Positions 18,516-28,749 are shown, counted from the first letter of the stretch. The stretch: DNA of 54,477 nucleotides from Candidatus Methanomethylophilaceae archaeon (GCA_050944155.1 JBMNQN010000007.1:1-54477); one strand, 5' to 3'. The notes: generated by a model not told the origin, from the letters alone. A program made the numbers and translations.

Positions 18516-19946
18516 TCAAAAATCGAAAAGGCTTTTCTGCCCGCCTTTCGGGGACGGTTTTTCTGAATCCGTTTTTTTAACGGTCACTTCTTTGGCGTAT
18601 TCTTCTTTCAGCGCCGTCTTTCCCGGTTCCGGTCTTTTGGGTTTGGAAGCGTCCGCTCCCAGGACGGCTTCGGCAACTTCCGGGGAATCCGTTTCCTTTC
18701 CGATCAGAAAAGCCAGTTCCTCTGCGTCGAGACCGATTTTTATCAGATACGTTCTCACTGCCGCATCGTTTGCCGCTATAATCTTCAGTACGGGCATTAC
18801 GTCGGTTTCCACTCTTTTCGTCGACGTGTGCAGACTGACCGCCAGTTTGGCGCATATTCCCGCTTTCAGAGTCCTGACGCCCTTGGAACGGGACATTTTA
18901 GTCAGATACGCGGGAAACCGTATCCGTCCCGAAGCGTAAAGATTGGAACGCCTGGCGGAAGCGACTCCGGCGGTCATCATGTCTCCGGCGTAAGACCAGA
19001 AACCGTAATACTGACGTCTGCGGACCCTTCCCAGGTATATGTCCGCACGGGACAGTTTTTCGTATCCGCGCACCAAATCTCCTCTGTCGATGTATTCGAA
19101 CGGCATGTTTTCGTCGACCCACAGGGATGCGTTTTCGGGTTCGGTATCGGATTCGGAAAGAATTCTTCTTGCGGCAAGAGGGTTGTTTTTCCTGAAAATC
19201 GCATAAACCATGTCGTACATGGATTTTTTTCCGTCCCTTTCGGAAAGATAACCGGGGGGAAGGGACATCAGACGGTCCTTTCCTTCGGCGGATGCCTGGA
19301 AATCTCTGACTGCGGCGCGCATGTCCCCTTTGGCGTTGGCCGCCAAATCGCTTATGACTTCGGGACTTACCGTAATCCCTTCTTTTTCCGCGACGCTTCT
19401 CAGCATTCTGGAGACGGATGCCGCCTGAGGTTTCTTGAAAGTTATCTGTTTCGTGAGAGTTTTTATGGCCGGGTTTTTCTTGGTCAGTCCGTAAAAATCG
19501 TTCACGATGAGAATCATGGGCTGTTTTGTTTCTCTTACCGTTTTCACTATCGCGGGCACGGCCTGCCTGTCCTGATTCCCGAAGAGATTGTCCGCTTCGT
19601 CCAGAATTATCAGTTTTCTGCCGCCTTCGGCGGCCCTGAGATATTCCCCTTCCGGAGTAAATGTGTTGAAAACCGCTCCCCTGAGGGCTATGTCTTCGAT
19701 GTCCCGTCCGGTTCTCTGGTCGGAAGCGTTCATTTCGACCGCGTCCCACCCCATATCGTTAGCCAGAGCAAGGGCGGACGAAGTTTTTCCCACTCCCGGC
19801 GGACCTATGAGAACGACCGCGCGTTCTTTCGGAATCCCGTCGTTCCATGATTCGGCCCATCTTTTCAGCTCGTCCGCCGCACCCGGATTTCCCATAACGT
19901 CTTTGAGCGATCGCGGCCTGTATTTTTCGGCCCAGTCTCCGGACGC
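18516..19946 (-). CDS. rfcL: Replication factor C large subunit
   Basis: DWAEKYRPRSL, GPPGVGKT, EMNASD, LDEADN, GDMRAA, C-terminal PIP box QKSLFDF; first ATG is 19895, inferred start 19946. Confidence 0.92.
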   Translation of the reverse strand, partial: ASGDWAEKYRPRSLKDVMGNPGAADELKRWAESWNDGIPKERAVVLIGPPGVGKTSSALALANDMGWDAVEMNASDQRTGRDIEDIALRGAVFNTFTPEGEYLRAAEGGRKLIILDEADNLFGNQDRQAVPAIVKTVRETKQPMILIVNDFYGLTKKNPAIKTLTKQITFKKPQAASVSRMLRSVAEKEGITVSPEVISDLAANAKGDMRAAVRDFQASAEGKDRLMSLPPGYLSERDGKKSMYDMVYAIFRKNNPLAARRILSESDTEPENASLWVDENMPFEYIDRGDLVRGYEKLSRADIYLGRVRRRQYYGFWSYAGDMMTAGVASARRSNLYASGRIRFPAYLTKMSRSKGVRTLKAGICAKLAVSLHTSTKRVETDVMPVLKIIAANDAAVRTYLIKIGLDAEELAFLIGKETDSPEVAEAVLGADASKPKRPEPGKTALKEEYAKEVTVKKTDSEKPSPKGGQKSLFDF

Positions 19947-19947
19947 G

Positions 19948-20433
19948 TCAACCCCTCCCGTAGGCCATCATGGTGGTCTCCGAAGCCTGTCTGAAGAAAA
20001 CGAACAGAGAGATTATCATCACTGCCGTAACGAAACTTCCGGATCCGATGTAAATGTACCAGATGACGGCGGACATTGCGAGGTACATCAGCCCTCTGGA
20101 CCACCTCTTCATCACAAGGTGTCCTATCCCGTATATTCCGAAAAAACCCATCAGGAACGAGAGGGCTATTGCCAGCGTTCCGTTCTTCACGGGTTTCGGG
20201 GGCATCATGAAGTACGGTGCGGACTGTTCCCCTGCGGATTCGCGCTGCGTCCCGCACCGGCCGCAATATAGAGCGCCGTCTTCGACGGGGGCTCCGCACT
20301 CCGAACACACCTCCTGATGCAGCAGATTTCCGGAGTCGTTCACTCCGTACGCTTTCTTCTTGTCGCACCCGCAGTGGTAGCAGAAATCCGAATCGGGAGG
20401 TATTTCGCTTCCGCATTCGGAGCATATGTACAT
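19948..20433 (-). CDS. Double zinc-ribbon membrane protein
   Basis: CSECG..FCYHCG and CSECG..YCGRCG followed by 3 TM helices. Confidence 0.82.
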   Translation of the reverse strand: MYICSECGSEIPPDSDFCYHCGCDKKKAYGVNDSGNLLHQEVCSECGAPVEDGALYCGRCGTQRESAGEQSAPYFMMPPKPVKNGTLAIALSFLMGFFGIYGIGHLVMKRWSRGLMYLAMSAVIWYIYIGSGSFVTAVMIISLFVFFRQASETTMMAYGRG

Positions 20434-20435
20434 GG

Positions 20436-21227
20436 TCACTCGTCCAGCTCCATCGTGTATATTCCGTTAGCGCATTTAACCTTAATAGGTTCGCCGAAGA
20501 GCCCGCTCACTTTTTCCGAAACGAGAACCTCTTCCTTGGGGCCGTCCGCGTACACCTTTCCGTCCTTTATCATTATCACTCTGCGCACCGAAACGGGAAT
20601 GTCGCTCAGGTCGTGGGTAATCATGGCTATGCTCACCCCGGATTCCGCCATTATGTCGAACATTCTGCGGAATTTGGAACGCATCACTATGTCCAAACCG
20701 GTCATCGGTTCGTCCAGAACCAGCATTTTAGGTTCGAACACCAGGGCTCTGGCTATGAGAACTCTGCGCATTTCGCCCAGAGAAAGACCGTGAAGGGTCC
20801 TTTCCATGAGATGTTCCACTCCCATGTATTCCGCGGCCCTCAGGGCTCCGGCTTTCATGGAGTCGGTCACGTCGTGATTCCTGAAAACATCCAGACTTCC
20901 GAAGAATCCGGAAAGTATGACGTCCCCCACAAGGGTTTCTTCTCCGAACATGGACTGGAGATCCATGGAAACCGTTCCTATGCGTTTTTTTATTTCGGGA
21001 ACCGACCAAAGGTTCTCTCCGAAAATCTTCATGGAAGCGGGATTTTCTTCGTCGAAATAGGGATAGATTTCCCCTCTCAGCAGTTTGATTAACGTGGTTT
21101 TTCCGGAACCGTTGGGTCCGATTACGGCGACGTTCTCTCCCGCATCTATATCCAGATTAACGGAATCGAGTATGCGTCTGCCGTCTCTGACGACCGATAC
21201 GTTCCGAAGTTCCATCGCCTTTTCCAT
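20436..21227 (-). CDS. ABC transporter ATP-binding protein (ModF-like)
   Basis: GPNGSGKTT, LSLGE, LVLDEP, ITHD; start ATG 21227. Confidence 0.9.
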   Translation of the reverse strand: MEKAMELRNVSVVRDGRRILDSVNLDIDAGENVAVIGPNGSGKTTLIKLLRGEIYPYFDEENPASMKIFGENLWSVPEIKKRIGTVSMDLQSMFGEETLVGDVILSGFFGSLDVFRNHDVTDSMKAGALRAAEYMGVEHLMERTLHGLSLGEMRRVLIARALVFEPKMLVLDEPMTGLDIVMRSKFRRMFDIMAESGVSIAMITHDLSDIPVSVRRVIMIKDGKVYADGPKEEVLVSEKVSGLFGEPIKVKCANGIYTMELDE

Positions 21228-21350
21228 GACCGTGTCAGAGTCCTTCTCGTACCTAAATATGGCGGAACTTTTTCCGACTTTCGCGTCGGAGAAACATAGG
21301 GCGCATCCGCTCTTTTTAATTAAGATTAGTGGATTGCATAGAGTGTGCGC

Positions 21351-22334
21351 ATGATCAGATTCCGGGGGACGGACGTATCTCCCGTGGGCATAGGCACCGC
21401 CGCCTGGGGAACCGGTATCAACGGCGGCGAACAGATGTACGGGAGGACCGTTTCGGAAGTCGATCAGAGCTATGTATTCAGACAGGCCGTCGCCCACGGA
21501 ATCAACATTTTCGATACGTCCCCTTCCTTCGGTTCCGGAGAAAATTCTCTGGGGCGCGCAAGCCAATTCAACAAATCCGTCTCGTTTTCCACCAAGTTCG
21601 TACCTACCGGGCTGCAGAGAAAAAACGCTATGAAAAAGTCGCTGGCGGCAAGCATGAGAGAACTGGGAGCCGAGAGCATAGATTTCTACTGCATACAGTC
21701 TCCCGCGAACGTGGAAAGATGGACTGCGGAACTGATTCCCCTTATGGACGAGGGCCTGATAAGATTCGCAGGGGTGGCCAACCACAGTCTTTCCCAGATT
21801 ATAAGGGCACAGAACGTTCTGGAAGAGGCGGGAAAATCCCTTGGATTCGTGCAGAACCATTACAGCCTGCTCAGCCACGAAGAAAAGGACGACGGAATAA
21901 TTCAATGGTGCAAAGACAACGGCGTTCTTTTCATGTCCTACATGGTGCTGGAACAGGGCGCTCTCACCCGGAGATACTCGTCCCAGACGCCTTTCGAACC
22001 CGCCAGTTTCCGCGGGAAAACCTACACTCCCAAAGTTCTCAGGGCTCTGAGACCTCTCAAACTTCTGATGAGAAAAATAGCCGAAGAATATTACGTGTCG
22101 GAGGCGCAGATTGCGATGGCCTGGTGCATCGGAAGGGGTGCTATACCCATTGTGGGAGCCACGAAATCATCCCACATAGGCGGAATCATGTCTTCCCTGG
22201 ATTTCAAGCTGGACGACGAGGATCTTCGGAAACTGGAAGAAACCGCCGACGGAATAGGGATAAGAACATACGGATTTTGGGAGCGGGACGGGGAGGATCC
22301 CCCTCCCGTTCCCCGTAAAAAGCGTTTCTTCTGA
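21351..22334 (+). CDS. Aldo/keto reductase
   Basis: GIGTAAWG, GINIFDTS, STKF, GVANHS, VQNHYSLL, PIVGAT; catalytic Tyr and His positions appear substituted. Confidence 0.85.
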   Translation: MIRFRGTDVSPVGIGTAAWGTGINGGEQMYGRTVSEVDQSYVFRQAVAHGINIFDTSPSFGSGENSLGRASQFNKSVSFSTKFVPTGLQRKNAMKKSLAASMRELGAESIDFYCIQSPANVERWTAELIPLMDEGLIRFAGVANHSLSQIIRAQNVLEEAGKSLGFVQNHYSLLSHEEKDDGIIQWCKDNGVLFMSYMVLEQGALTRRYSSQTPFEPASFRGKTYTPKVLRALRPLKLLMRKIAEEYYVSEAQIAMAWCIGRGAIPIVGATKSSHIGGIMSSLDFKLDDEDLRKLEETADGIGIRTYGFWERDGEDPPPVPRKKRFF

Positions 22335-22335
22335 C

Positions 22336-23964
22336 TCATGCGGGGGACGGTTTCGCGGAAACATGCCTGTTTATCAGAATTCCGGCCGCAAGAATCAATG
22401 CCGACAGGGGCAGGGCCACCACGGTGGGATCTATTCCCGCTACGGTTCCTAGGAACAGAACGTTCTTTCCCGTGAGAATTTTACACACAGGTATGAAGGC
22501 TGCCGTTCCCGCGTGAACGAAGAGCCCCCATACGAGATATGCGGCCGTACCGACGGCTATGCTGGCTTTTGCCGCCGATGCGTCGGGATTCTTCGAATAC
22601 AGCCCGTGGGTGTACGCGGGAAGAAGCGCCGCCGCCGTTATCCCCATGAATACGGAGGTTGCCTTCGCGATTATGTCCTTGGGCATGATGTAACAGTATA
22701 CCACCACGACCACCAGCATAACCATGGTGAACGTGCGGTTTACCCTCACGGACTGGGAATCTCTGTTTTCCCCGTATCTTCTGTTTTCCGCCAGCGTATA
22801 GAGGTCGTATCCTCCGGCAACCCCTATCGTATGCATAAGGGCGCTCAGCGTGGATATCGCCGCGCTGACGAGAGCCAGAAGGAACAGGGATATGAAGAGA
22901 TCTCCGAAGGTTACGGCGGCGAACATCTCCGTCAGGAACTGGGGTATTATGAAATCCGTTCCCAGACCGAGAGACGTGATGTACTCGTAGGACCCGACGC
23001 CGTGGGTGTCGAAGAAGAACACGTTGCTCAGAGGCCCCACCGTGTAGGCGGCTCCGACCACGACGAACATGAATATGCTCCCGATGACCATGGATTTTCT
23101 CAGGGTTCTGTCGTCTTTGGCGGACATGTATCTCACGACCAGCTGCGGCTGGGTAAGGGAACCTATTCCCACTCCGGTTAAGAACGTGGTTACCACCAGC
23201 ATCCATTCGGGAGTTCCGAATTCGGAGAACGAAGTCCATCCCCTTGCTCCGCTCAGAGTTCCCGCCTGTTCCGCCAGACCCATGTTCCAAATGTCGGAAA
23301 GCTGGGTGTTCGCGGAAGTCACTCCGCCCATGGTCGCGTAGGTTACGACAAGGATGACCGTCATGCCCAGAAACATTATTCCCGCCTGGAAAGCGTCGTT
23401 GTACATGACGGCTATGATTCCCCCGTACACCACGTAGATTGCCACGACCAGCGCAACGACGATGAGAATCAGGTCGTAATACTGGGTAAGCCCGGTGATT
23501 ACCGCCACGGAGTTAACCGCCCCTTTGAGAACAGCGGCGCAGTAGATAGGCATCATCACTATGATCAGCATAGCGGTGAAACCGCGGATTCCTTTGGATT
23601 TGTATATCTTTCCGAGAAGATCCGCAAAGGTGGACGCACCGAGTTTCTTGCCCAGACGTCGGGTTCTGGGACCGAACACGATGAAGGACACCGCAAGTCC
23701 TATGAACAGATTGAGAAAACACAGCCACATTATCGACATGCCGTGAACGGCGGCCTGTCCTCCGAAACCGATGATGGCGGACGCGCTCAGGAACGTGGCG
23801 CCGTACGAAAGCGCTATGACCACCGTATTGGTCTTGTTGCGTCCCAGCATAAACTGTTCGCTGTTTCTTGTGTGTTTGTACCCGTAATAACCGAGAATCC
23901 CGGTGACCACGGCGAAAACCGCGGTCATGGCTCCGAATATGGCGAAGTTTATGCCTTCACTCAT
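22336..23964 (-). CDS. Sodium:solute symporter family protein
   Basis: LSYGATFLSASAIIGFGG, GGIIAVMYNDAFQ, QPQLVVRYM, SAAISTLS. Confidence 0.93.
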   Translation of the reverse strand: MSEGINFAIFGAMTAVFAVVTGILGYYGYKHTRNSEQFMLGRNKTNTVVIALSYGATFLSASAIIGFGGQAAVHGMSIMWLCFLNLFIGLAVSFIVFGPRTRRLGKKLGASTFADLLGKIYKSKGIRGFTAMLIIVMMPIYCAAVLKGAVNSVAVITGLTQYYDLILIVVALVVAIYVVYGGIIAVMYNDAFQAGIMFLGMTVILVVTYATMGGVTSANTQLSDIWNMGLAEQAGTLSGARGWTSFSEFGTPEWMLVVTTFLTGVGIGSLTQPQLVVRYMSAKDDRTLRKSMVIGSIFMFVVVGAAYTVGPLSNVFFFDTHGVGSYEYITSLGLGTDFIIPQFLTEMFAAVTFGDLFISLFLLALVSAAISTLSALMHTIGVAGGYDLYTLAENRRYGENRDSQSVRVNRTFTMVMLVVVVVYCYIMPKDIIAKATSVFMGITAAALLPAYTHGLYSKNPDASAAKASIAVGTAAYLVWGLFVHAGTAAFIPVCKILTGKNVLFLGTVAGIDPTVVALPLSALILAAGILINRHVSAKPSPA

Positions 23965-24088
23965 TGCAGGCATCCTCCTCTTCTTCGGAGCCCCTGTTTC
24001 TCGTAAGGCCGTAAACTATGCAGAACGCCGTGTTGATTATGCACGCGGCGTAGGCTCCCCAGATATACGGGTCTGTCAGTCCGAACAT
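23957..24088 (-). CDS. Symporter small accessory protein (43 aa, not in ORF track)
   Basis: MFGLTDPYIWGAYAACIINTAFCIVYGLTRNRGSEEEEDACNE*, overlapping the symporter start. Confidence 0.82.
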   Translation of the reverse strand: MFGLTDPYIWGAYAACIINTAFCIVYGLTRNRGSEEEEDACNE

Positions 24089-24255
24089 TTTTTCTTTCTC
24101 CGAGTTACGTGCTAACATGTAGCACGGTAAAACGGGTTATGAATACCGCATATATAATGTATTCTGAAAAAACGGTGTACGGAAAGACGGGGAACCCCCT
24201 TGTTCCTGCCGTAAATGCTCAAAAATGATTAATATGCCCCTGCCGTTAAACCAAC

Positions 24256-24561
24256 GTTTGGCTTGACCGGGGAGCTTGGCGTGCCCTGATACCTGAAATC
24301 GTCAATACGCTGGGGTGACAGCACGGGGCGGCCCGGATGAACGTTCAAGCCCGTAACGGGACAATGAGATCTTGTCCTGCAGAGTCGGAGTACGACAGAA
24401 AACCGGCCGGAGGGTCGGCAGATGGTAATAATCGGGGGAACCGGGCCAGGTCCTGACGGGAGCAGCCTTACCCCGAACTACCGACGTTTGCGGGATTGCA
24501 GGGTCGAGAAACGGTACGGCAAACTTGAATCGGGATTCCGGGACAACCCGTGCGGCCAGAC
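24256..24561 (+). ncRNA. ffs: Archaeal SRP (7S) RNA
   Basis: About 306 nt; 5' GTTTGGC pairs with 3' GCCAGAC; helix 6 CCGGCC-GGAG-GGTCGG; helix 8 GGCCAGGTCC-TGAC-GGGAGCAGCC; T-rich tail; ends approximate. Confidence 0.9.
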
Positions 24562-24564
24562 ACT

Positions 24565-25542
24565 TTATCTTTTCTTCTTCGGACGGCATCCCGTTATTAT
24601 ATCTTCGGAAAAGTCGTAAAGAACCCTGGTTTCTTTGCCGTCGGTGAGTTTCATAACGGAAGTGGAATCCACTTTTCCCACCGCCGCGCCGGCGACGCCC
24701 TTCTCCGAAAACAGTTTAATGAGCTCTTCGGTGTTTTCCGGAGGGCAGGCGAACACGAAACCGAATCCCTGGTACGCCAGACACCACTGGACGAAATCAA
24801 TGCCTTCCGGTCTGGGAATTTTGGTTATGTCCACGGTGCCTCCCGCGGAAGAGGATTCCAGCATCATTCCCAGAGTTCCTATGCACCCGGGGTTGCTCAT
24901 GTCTTTTCCGGAACTGACCAATTTCCGTATCCCCACCTCGTGGAGCAGCGCAATCTGTCCGCGGACGGTCTTTCCGTCTTTGCGGGTGGTGGTATCCCAT
25001 GCGTAAGGCAGTTTTTCGGGGAAAAATCCGTCCAGATCCATTACGAACACGATGTCGTCCCCGTCCTGGGCGGTTGTGCTGCGGATGAGCCCTTCTTTGC
25101 TCACCGAACCCATTATGGATATTTCCAAGGAGTTGAATTTACTGTCCGGATTCGTGTGTCCTCCGACTATGGGAACGTTGAACTTCTTAACGCCGGCTTC
25201 CAGGCCTTCGAGGATTTGGGAGCATACTTTCCGGTTCTTTATGGAAATGACGTCGACCATTGCCACGGGAGTGCCCCCCATGGCAGCTATGTCGCTTACG
25301 TTGACCAGAACGGCGAAATATCCGGCGTAGAACGGGTCCGCCTCCATGAGAGACCCCATGATTCCGTCGGCGGCCACCAGAAGATATCCGTCTCCGTATT
25401 CCACGGCCGCCGCGTCCTCACCTTCGGAAGCCGCGACCTGAGGGAATCCGTCCAAAGGCAGACAGCCCATTATTTCGCGTATGGGATTTTTCCTGGTTAC
25501 CCCCGGATAATTGCGTATTGCGTCGACGAGCCCGTCAAGCAT
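24565..25542 (-). CDS. Methanogenesis marker protein 2 (AIR synthase/SelD-like)
   Basis: GVTRK, GEDAAA, AADGI..L..DPFYAGY..VLVNVSDIAAMGG, GGHTNPD, KDMSNPG.IGTLGMMLE. Confidence 0.9.
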   Translation of the reverse strand: MLDGLVDAIRNYPGVTRKNPIREIMGCLPLDGFPQVAASEGEDAAAVEYGDGYLLVAADGIMGSLMEADPFYAGYFAVLVNVSDIAAMGGTPVAMVDVISIKNRKVCSQILEGLEAGVKKFNVPIVGGHTNPDSKFNSLEISIMGSVSKEGLIRSTTAQDGDDIVFVMDLDGFFPEKLPYAWDTTTRKDGKTVRGQIALLHEVGIRKLVSSGKDMSNPGCIGTLGMMLESSSAGGTVDITKIPRPEGIDFVQWCLAYQGFGFVFACPPENTEELIKLFSEKGVAGAAVGKVDSTSVMKLTDGKETRVLYDFSEDIITGCRPKKKR

Positions 25543-25713
25543 AGACGCCCACATGCGCTTCGTTCTTAAAATAACTATCAAGCTCCGCGGGAAAACATTC
25601 CGAATAGGCCGGGCGGAACCGTATATTCGGCCAATGCTATACCGACTTTTAGAAATAATATATACTTCCGGATTTCCCGCATGAAAATCGCAGATGTTTA
25701 AAACGAAAAAAAA

Positions 25714-26277
25714 TCAGATCAGACGGGTCTGCTTCGTAGCCATGACGAGGTGCCTGGAATCGGTAACGTCTAGAACGATTTCCGAAAGAATATCGCACAT
25801 TTCCGCCGAGTAATCCCTCCGGGGGAAATACGCATCCGCGGACGGAACGGTGTTTCCCGCCCTTTTCAGAATTTTTCTGCATTCGGCGATTTCGTTCGCC
25901 TCGGCGGAACGTCCTCCCGGACGGGAGACTCCTGCCATACGAAGTTCCGAATCGAAAACCGGACGGCGGAACAGTCTGCTGAGAACGAACAGAATGAGTT
26001 CGTCGTCTCCGGGAAAATTTTTTCTGCAGATTCTTCCCACCGTTTCGTATATGTTTTCGGGCGGCCCCTTAACGACGGAATATATTTTCGACGGAGGAAC
26101 GGATCTTTCCCTCAGAATGTTCGTATCCGTGAGAGCGCGCAGATATCCGGTGAGAATCAGCCGGTGATGTTTGAATCCCATGGATTCCAGTTCTTTGGAA
26201 AGAGCGCTGATGGATTTTCCGTCCTTCCCCAGACACGAAAGAAGCAGACGGTGGAAATCCTTTTCCGGATTGAACAT
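25714..26277 (-). CDS. Hypothetical winged-helix protein
   Basis: KSISALSKELE..GF..HRLILTGYLRAL...ILRE..VPPSKIYS resembles wHTH. Confidence 0.7.
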   Translation of the reverse strand: MFNPEKDFHRLLLSCLGKDGKSISALSKELESMGFKHHRLILTGYLRALTDTNILRERSVPPSKIYSVVKGPPENIYETVGRICRKNFPGDDELILFVLSRLFRRPVFDSELRMAGVSRPGGRSAEANEIAECRKILKRAGNTVPSADAYFPRRDYSAEMCDILSEIVLDVTDSRHLVMATKQTRLI

Positions 26278-26623
26278 AGAACTGGTAACAAACTCGGTAA
26301 ATTAATAGATGCCGTGGAAAAGGTTTTACGGTGCCGGATTATCTCCTGCTATCTCATTTTTTATCCGTGCTGTGCGGCGGATGTCTGCGGAAACCCTGTT
26401 GCGGCGAATCGGAAAATTCAGCGGATTTTCCGGCTTTCGATGCGGATGAACAGAACGATACATTAGTGCGAAAATTTATGTTTTAAAATATCTGGCCAAT
26501 CATTATGTAACAGATATGATAACAAATATGGTAATAAATAATGGTTTGTATTTTACCGATTATAGTTCCAAAAATTGTTTATATCCTCAAGCACAACAAC
26601 GATAGCCAGCCGATTTCAGAAGG

Positions 26624-28723
26624 ATGGGATCACACATGTTCACCGAATCAGACAATTTGCTCAAGGGAAGTCCGGAATCCACGGACATCGGGCTCTTCGT
26701 CAGATCTTCCGACGAGGACCTTAAAAAGTGGGATAAGAAGAGAATCTACAGCACGCTTCTGCGCGAAACCGAAATCACGGAACTCAACGCGATGCTCATC
26801 GCCAATGACGTCGACCGTATGGTGAAACAGCTTGATATACGGTATATTACGGCGCCCCTCATACGCGAACTTACCAATGCAAAACTTATGGAGAGGGGTC
26901 TCGAAGACATAAGAAAACAGCACACTCGTCTGGGAGTTCCCATCTACGATGCCAGAGAAATCATCGTGTCTCCCAACAAAGAGAATGCCAACGTGCCCCA
27001 CGGCCCCGAAGCCACGAATCTCACCCTGGCGGAGAACATCAAGAAAGAATTCGCCCTTCTGGAAGTTTTCACCCCCGACGTAGCCGACGCACACATGTCC
27101 GGACTGATTCACCTTCACGACCTGGGGATGATCGACCGCCCCTACTGCAGCGGGCAGTCCATAGAATACGTGAAAAAATTCGGTCTGAACCTTCCCAACG
27201 CAATGTCCATAGCGAAACCCGCCAAACATCCCGAAGTCCTGATAGAACAGGTTATCAAATTCTCCGCAGCCCTGCAAGGCCACTACGCCGGCGCAATAGG
27301 ATGGGACGCGGTCAACATGTTCCTTTCCCCCTACCTCGCGGGAGTCGATGACGCGAGAATGCATCAACTCGCGCAGATACTCGTCTACGAATACGCCCAG
27401 CAGGCGGTCGCCAGAGGCGGCCAATCCATATTCAGCGATCTGAACATATACTGGGAAACGCCGAAACACTTCGTCGGAGTTCCCGCGATAGGTCCGGGCG
27501 GAGAATACACCGGAAAGAACTACGAGGATTACGAGACAGAATCCCAAAGGTTTGCCATGGCACTCATGGACGTTTATCTCGAGGGCGACGCAAACGGAAG
27601 ACCGTTCTTCTTCCCCAAACCGGAAGTCCACATCACCGACAGGTTCTTCCAGACTCCCGGCCACGAAGAGTTCATGGAGAAAGTCTGCAGACTCTCCGCC
27701 GAGATGGGGAACACGTACTTCGTGTTCGACAGGGGAGATACCGCAAGAGTATCCGAATGCTGCAGGCTTTCGTTCAACCTCGACGAACAGGATCTCGAGG
27801 ATGCCAAAACACCGTGGAAAATGCGTTTCTCCGCGATGCAGAACGTTACTCTCAACCTTCCCCGCATAGCATACATGGCGGACGGAAACGACGAAAAGCT
27901 GTTCGCGGGAATAACGGAGGCCATGGAACTCGCCGTGAAAGCCCACGGTCAGAAGAAAGAATTCATAAAACAGCTCATGGACATGGGCAACAGCGGACCC
28001 CTCGGCCTGCTTTCCATGGACCTCGACGGGGAACCGTATTACAGAATAGAAAAATCGTCCTACCTGATAGGCATACTCGGACTCAACGAGATGATTCAGT
28101 ACCACACAGGAAAAGAGCTTCACGAGTCCGACGGTGCCGTGAAGTTCGGGCTGAAAGTCATAGCTTATATGCACAAAGAAGCACAGAGATTCTCCGCCGA
28201 AACCGGACTGAAGATTTCTCTGGAACAGACTCCCGCCGAATCCACCGCGTACAGGTTCGCCAAACTCGACATGCGGGACTTCAGGCAGAAGGCTTCCGAA
28301 GTCGTGAAAGGAAACCGCGGCACCGGAGAAATATACTATACGAATTCCACGTACCTCAACGTGGGAGCGGACGTGAGCCCCGTGGAACGGGTCAGAATCG
28401 AAGGAATGTTCCATCCCATCATCGATGCCGGCGCGCTAACCCACGTGTGGCTGGGAGAATCGAAACCTTCTCCGGAGAGCATAGCTGCTTTCGTTAAAAC
28501 CACGTTCGAAAAGACTCAGAACGGACAGATTGCGTTCAGCCCCGATTTCACTTCCTGCCTGGACTGCGGAAAGACTTCCCGCGGACTCTCCGAAAACTGC
28601 CCCAGCTGCGGTTCTCCGCACACCGAAGGCATAACCCGCGTCACCGGATTCTATTCAAAGATTTCCGGATGGAACAAGGGCAAAAAGGGAGAACTGGCAG
28701 ACAGAGTCAGATATGGAATATGA
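26624..28723 (+). CDS. nrdD: Anaerobic (class III) ribonucleoside-triphosphate reductase with ATP cone
   Basis: AHMSGLIHLHDL, PYC, CCRL, NLPR, EQTPAESTAYRFAK, YYTNS, CxxC..CxxC, glycyl radical ITRVTGF; start 26624 or 26636. Confidence 0.96.
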   Translation: MGSHMFTESDNLLKGSPESTDIGLFVRSSDEDLKKWDKKRIYSTLLRETEITELNAMLIANDVDRMVKQLDIRYITAPLIRELTNAKLMERGLEDIRKQHTRLGVPIYDAREIIVSPNKENANVPHGPEATNLTLAENIKKEFALLEVFTPDVADAHMSGLIHLHDLGMIDRPYCSGQSIEYVKKFGLNLPNAMSIAKPAKHPEVLIEQVIKFSAALQGHYAGAIGWDAVNMFLSPYLAGVDDARMHQLAQILVYEYAQQAVARGGQSIFSDLNIYWETPKHFVGVPAIGPGGEYTGKNYEDYETESQRFAMALMDVYLEGDANGRPFFFPKPEVHITDRFFQTPGHEEFMEKVCRLSAEMGNTYFVFDRGDTARVSECCRLSFNLDEQDLEDAKTPWKMRFSAMQNVTLNLPRIAYMADGNDEKLFAGITEAMELAVKAHGQKKEFIKQLMDMGNSGPLGLLSMDLDGEPYYRIEKSSYLIGILGLNEMIQYHTGKELHESDGAVKFGLKVIAYMHKEAQRFSAETGLKISLEQTPAESTAYRFAKLDMRDFRQKASEVVKGNRGTGEIYYTNSTYLNVGADVSPVERVRIEGMFHPIIDAGALTHVWLGESKPSPESIAAFVKTTFEKTQNGQIAFSPDFTSCLDCGKTSRGLSENCPSCGSPHTEGITRVTGFYSKISGWNKGKKGELADRVRYGI

Positions 28724-28749
28724 ATCCGGGCGCGGAAAACCGCGTCCGG

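Noticed and set aside
19940-19962. prfB-like +1 frameshift fusing the zinc-ribbon protein to RFC-L (GGT TGA C)
   Set aside because: GGU to GUU re-pairing is poor and a membrane-anchored RFC-L is implausible; independent initiation is simpler
24302-24619. ORFs 24302-24589 and 24422-24619
   Set aside because: They overlap the SRP RNA
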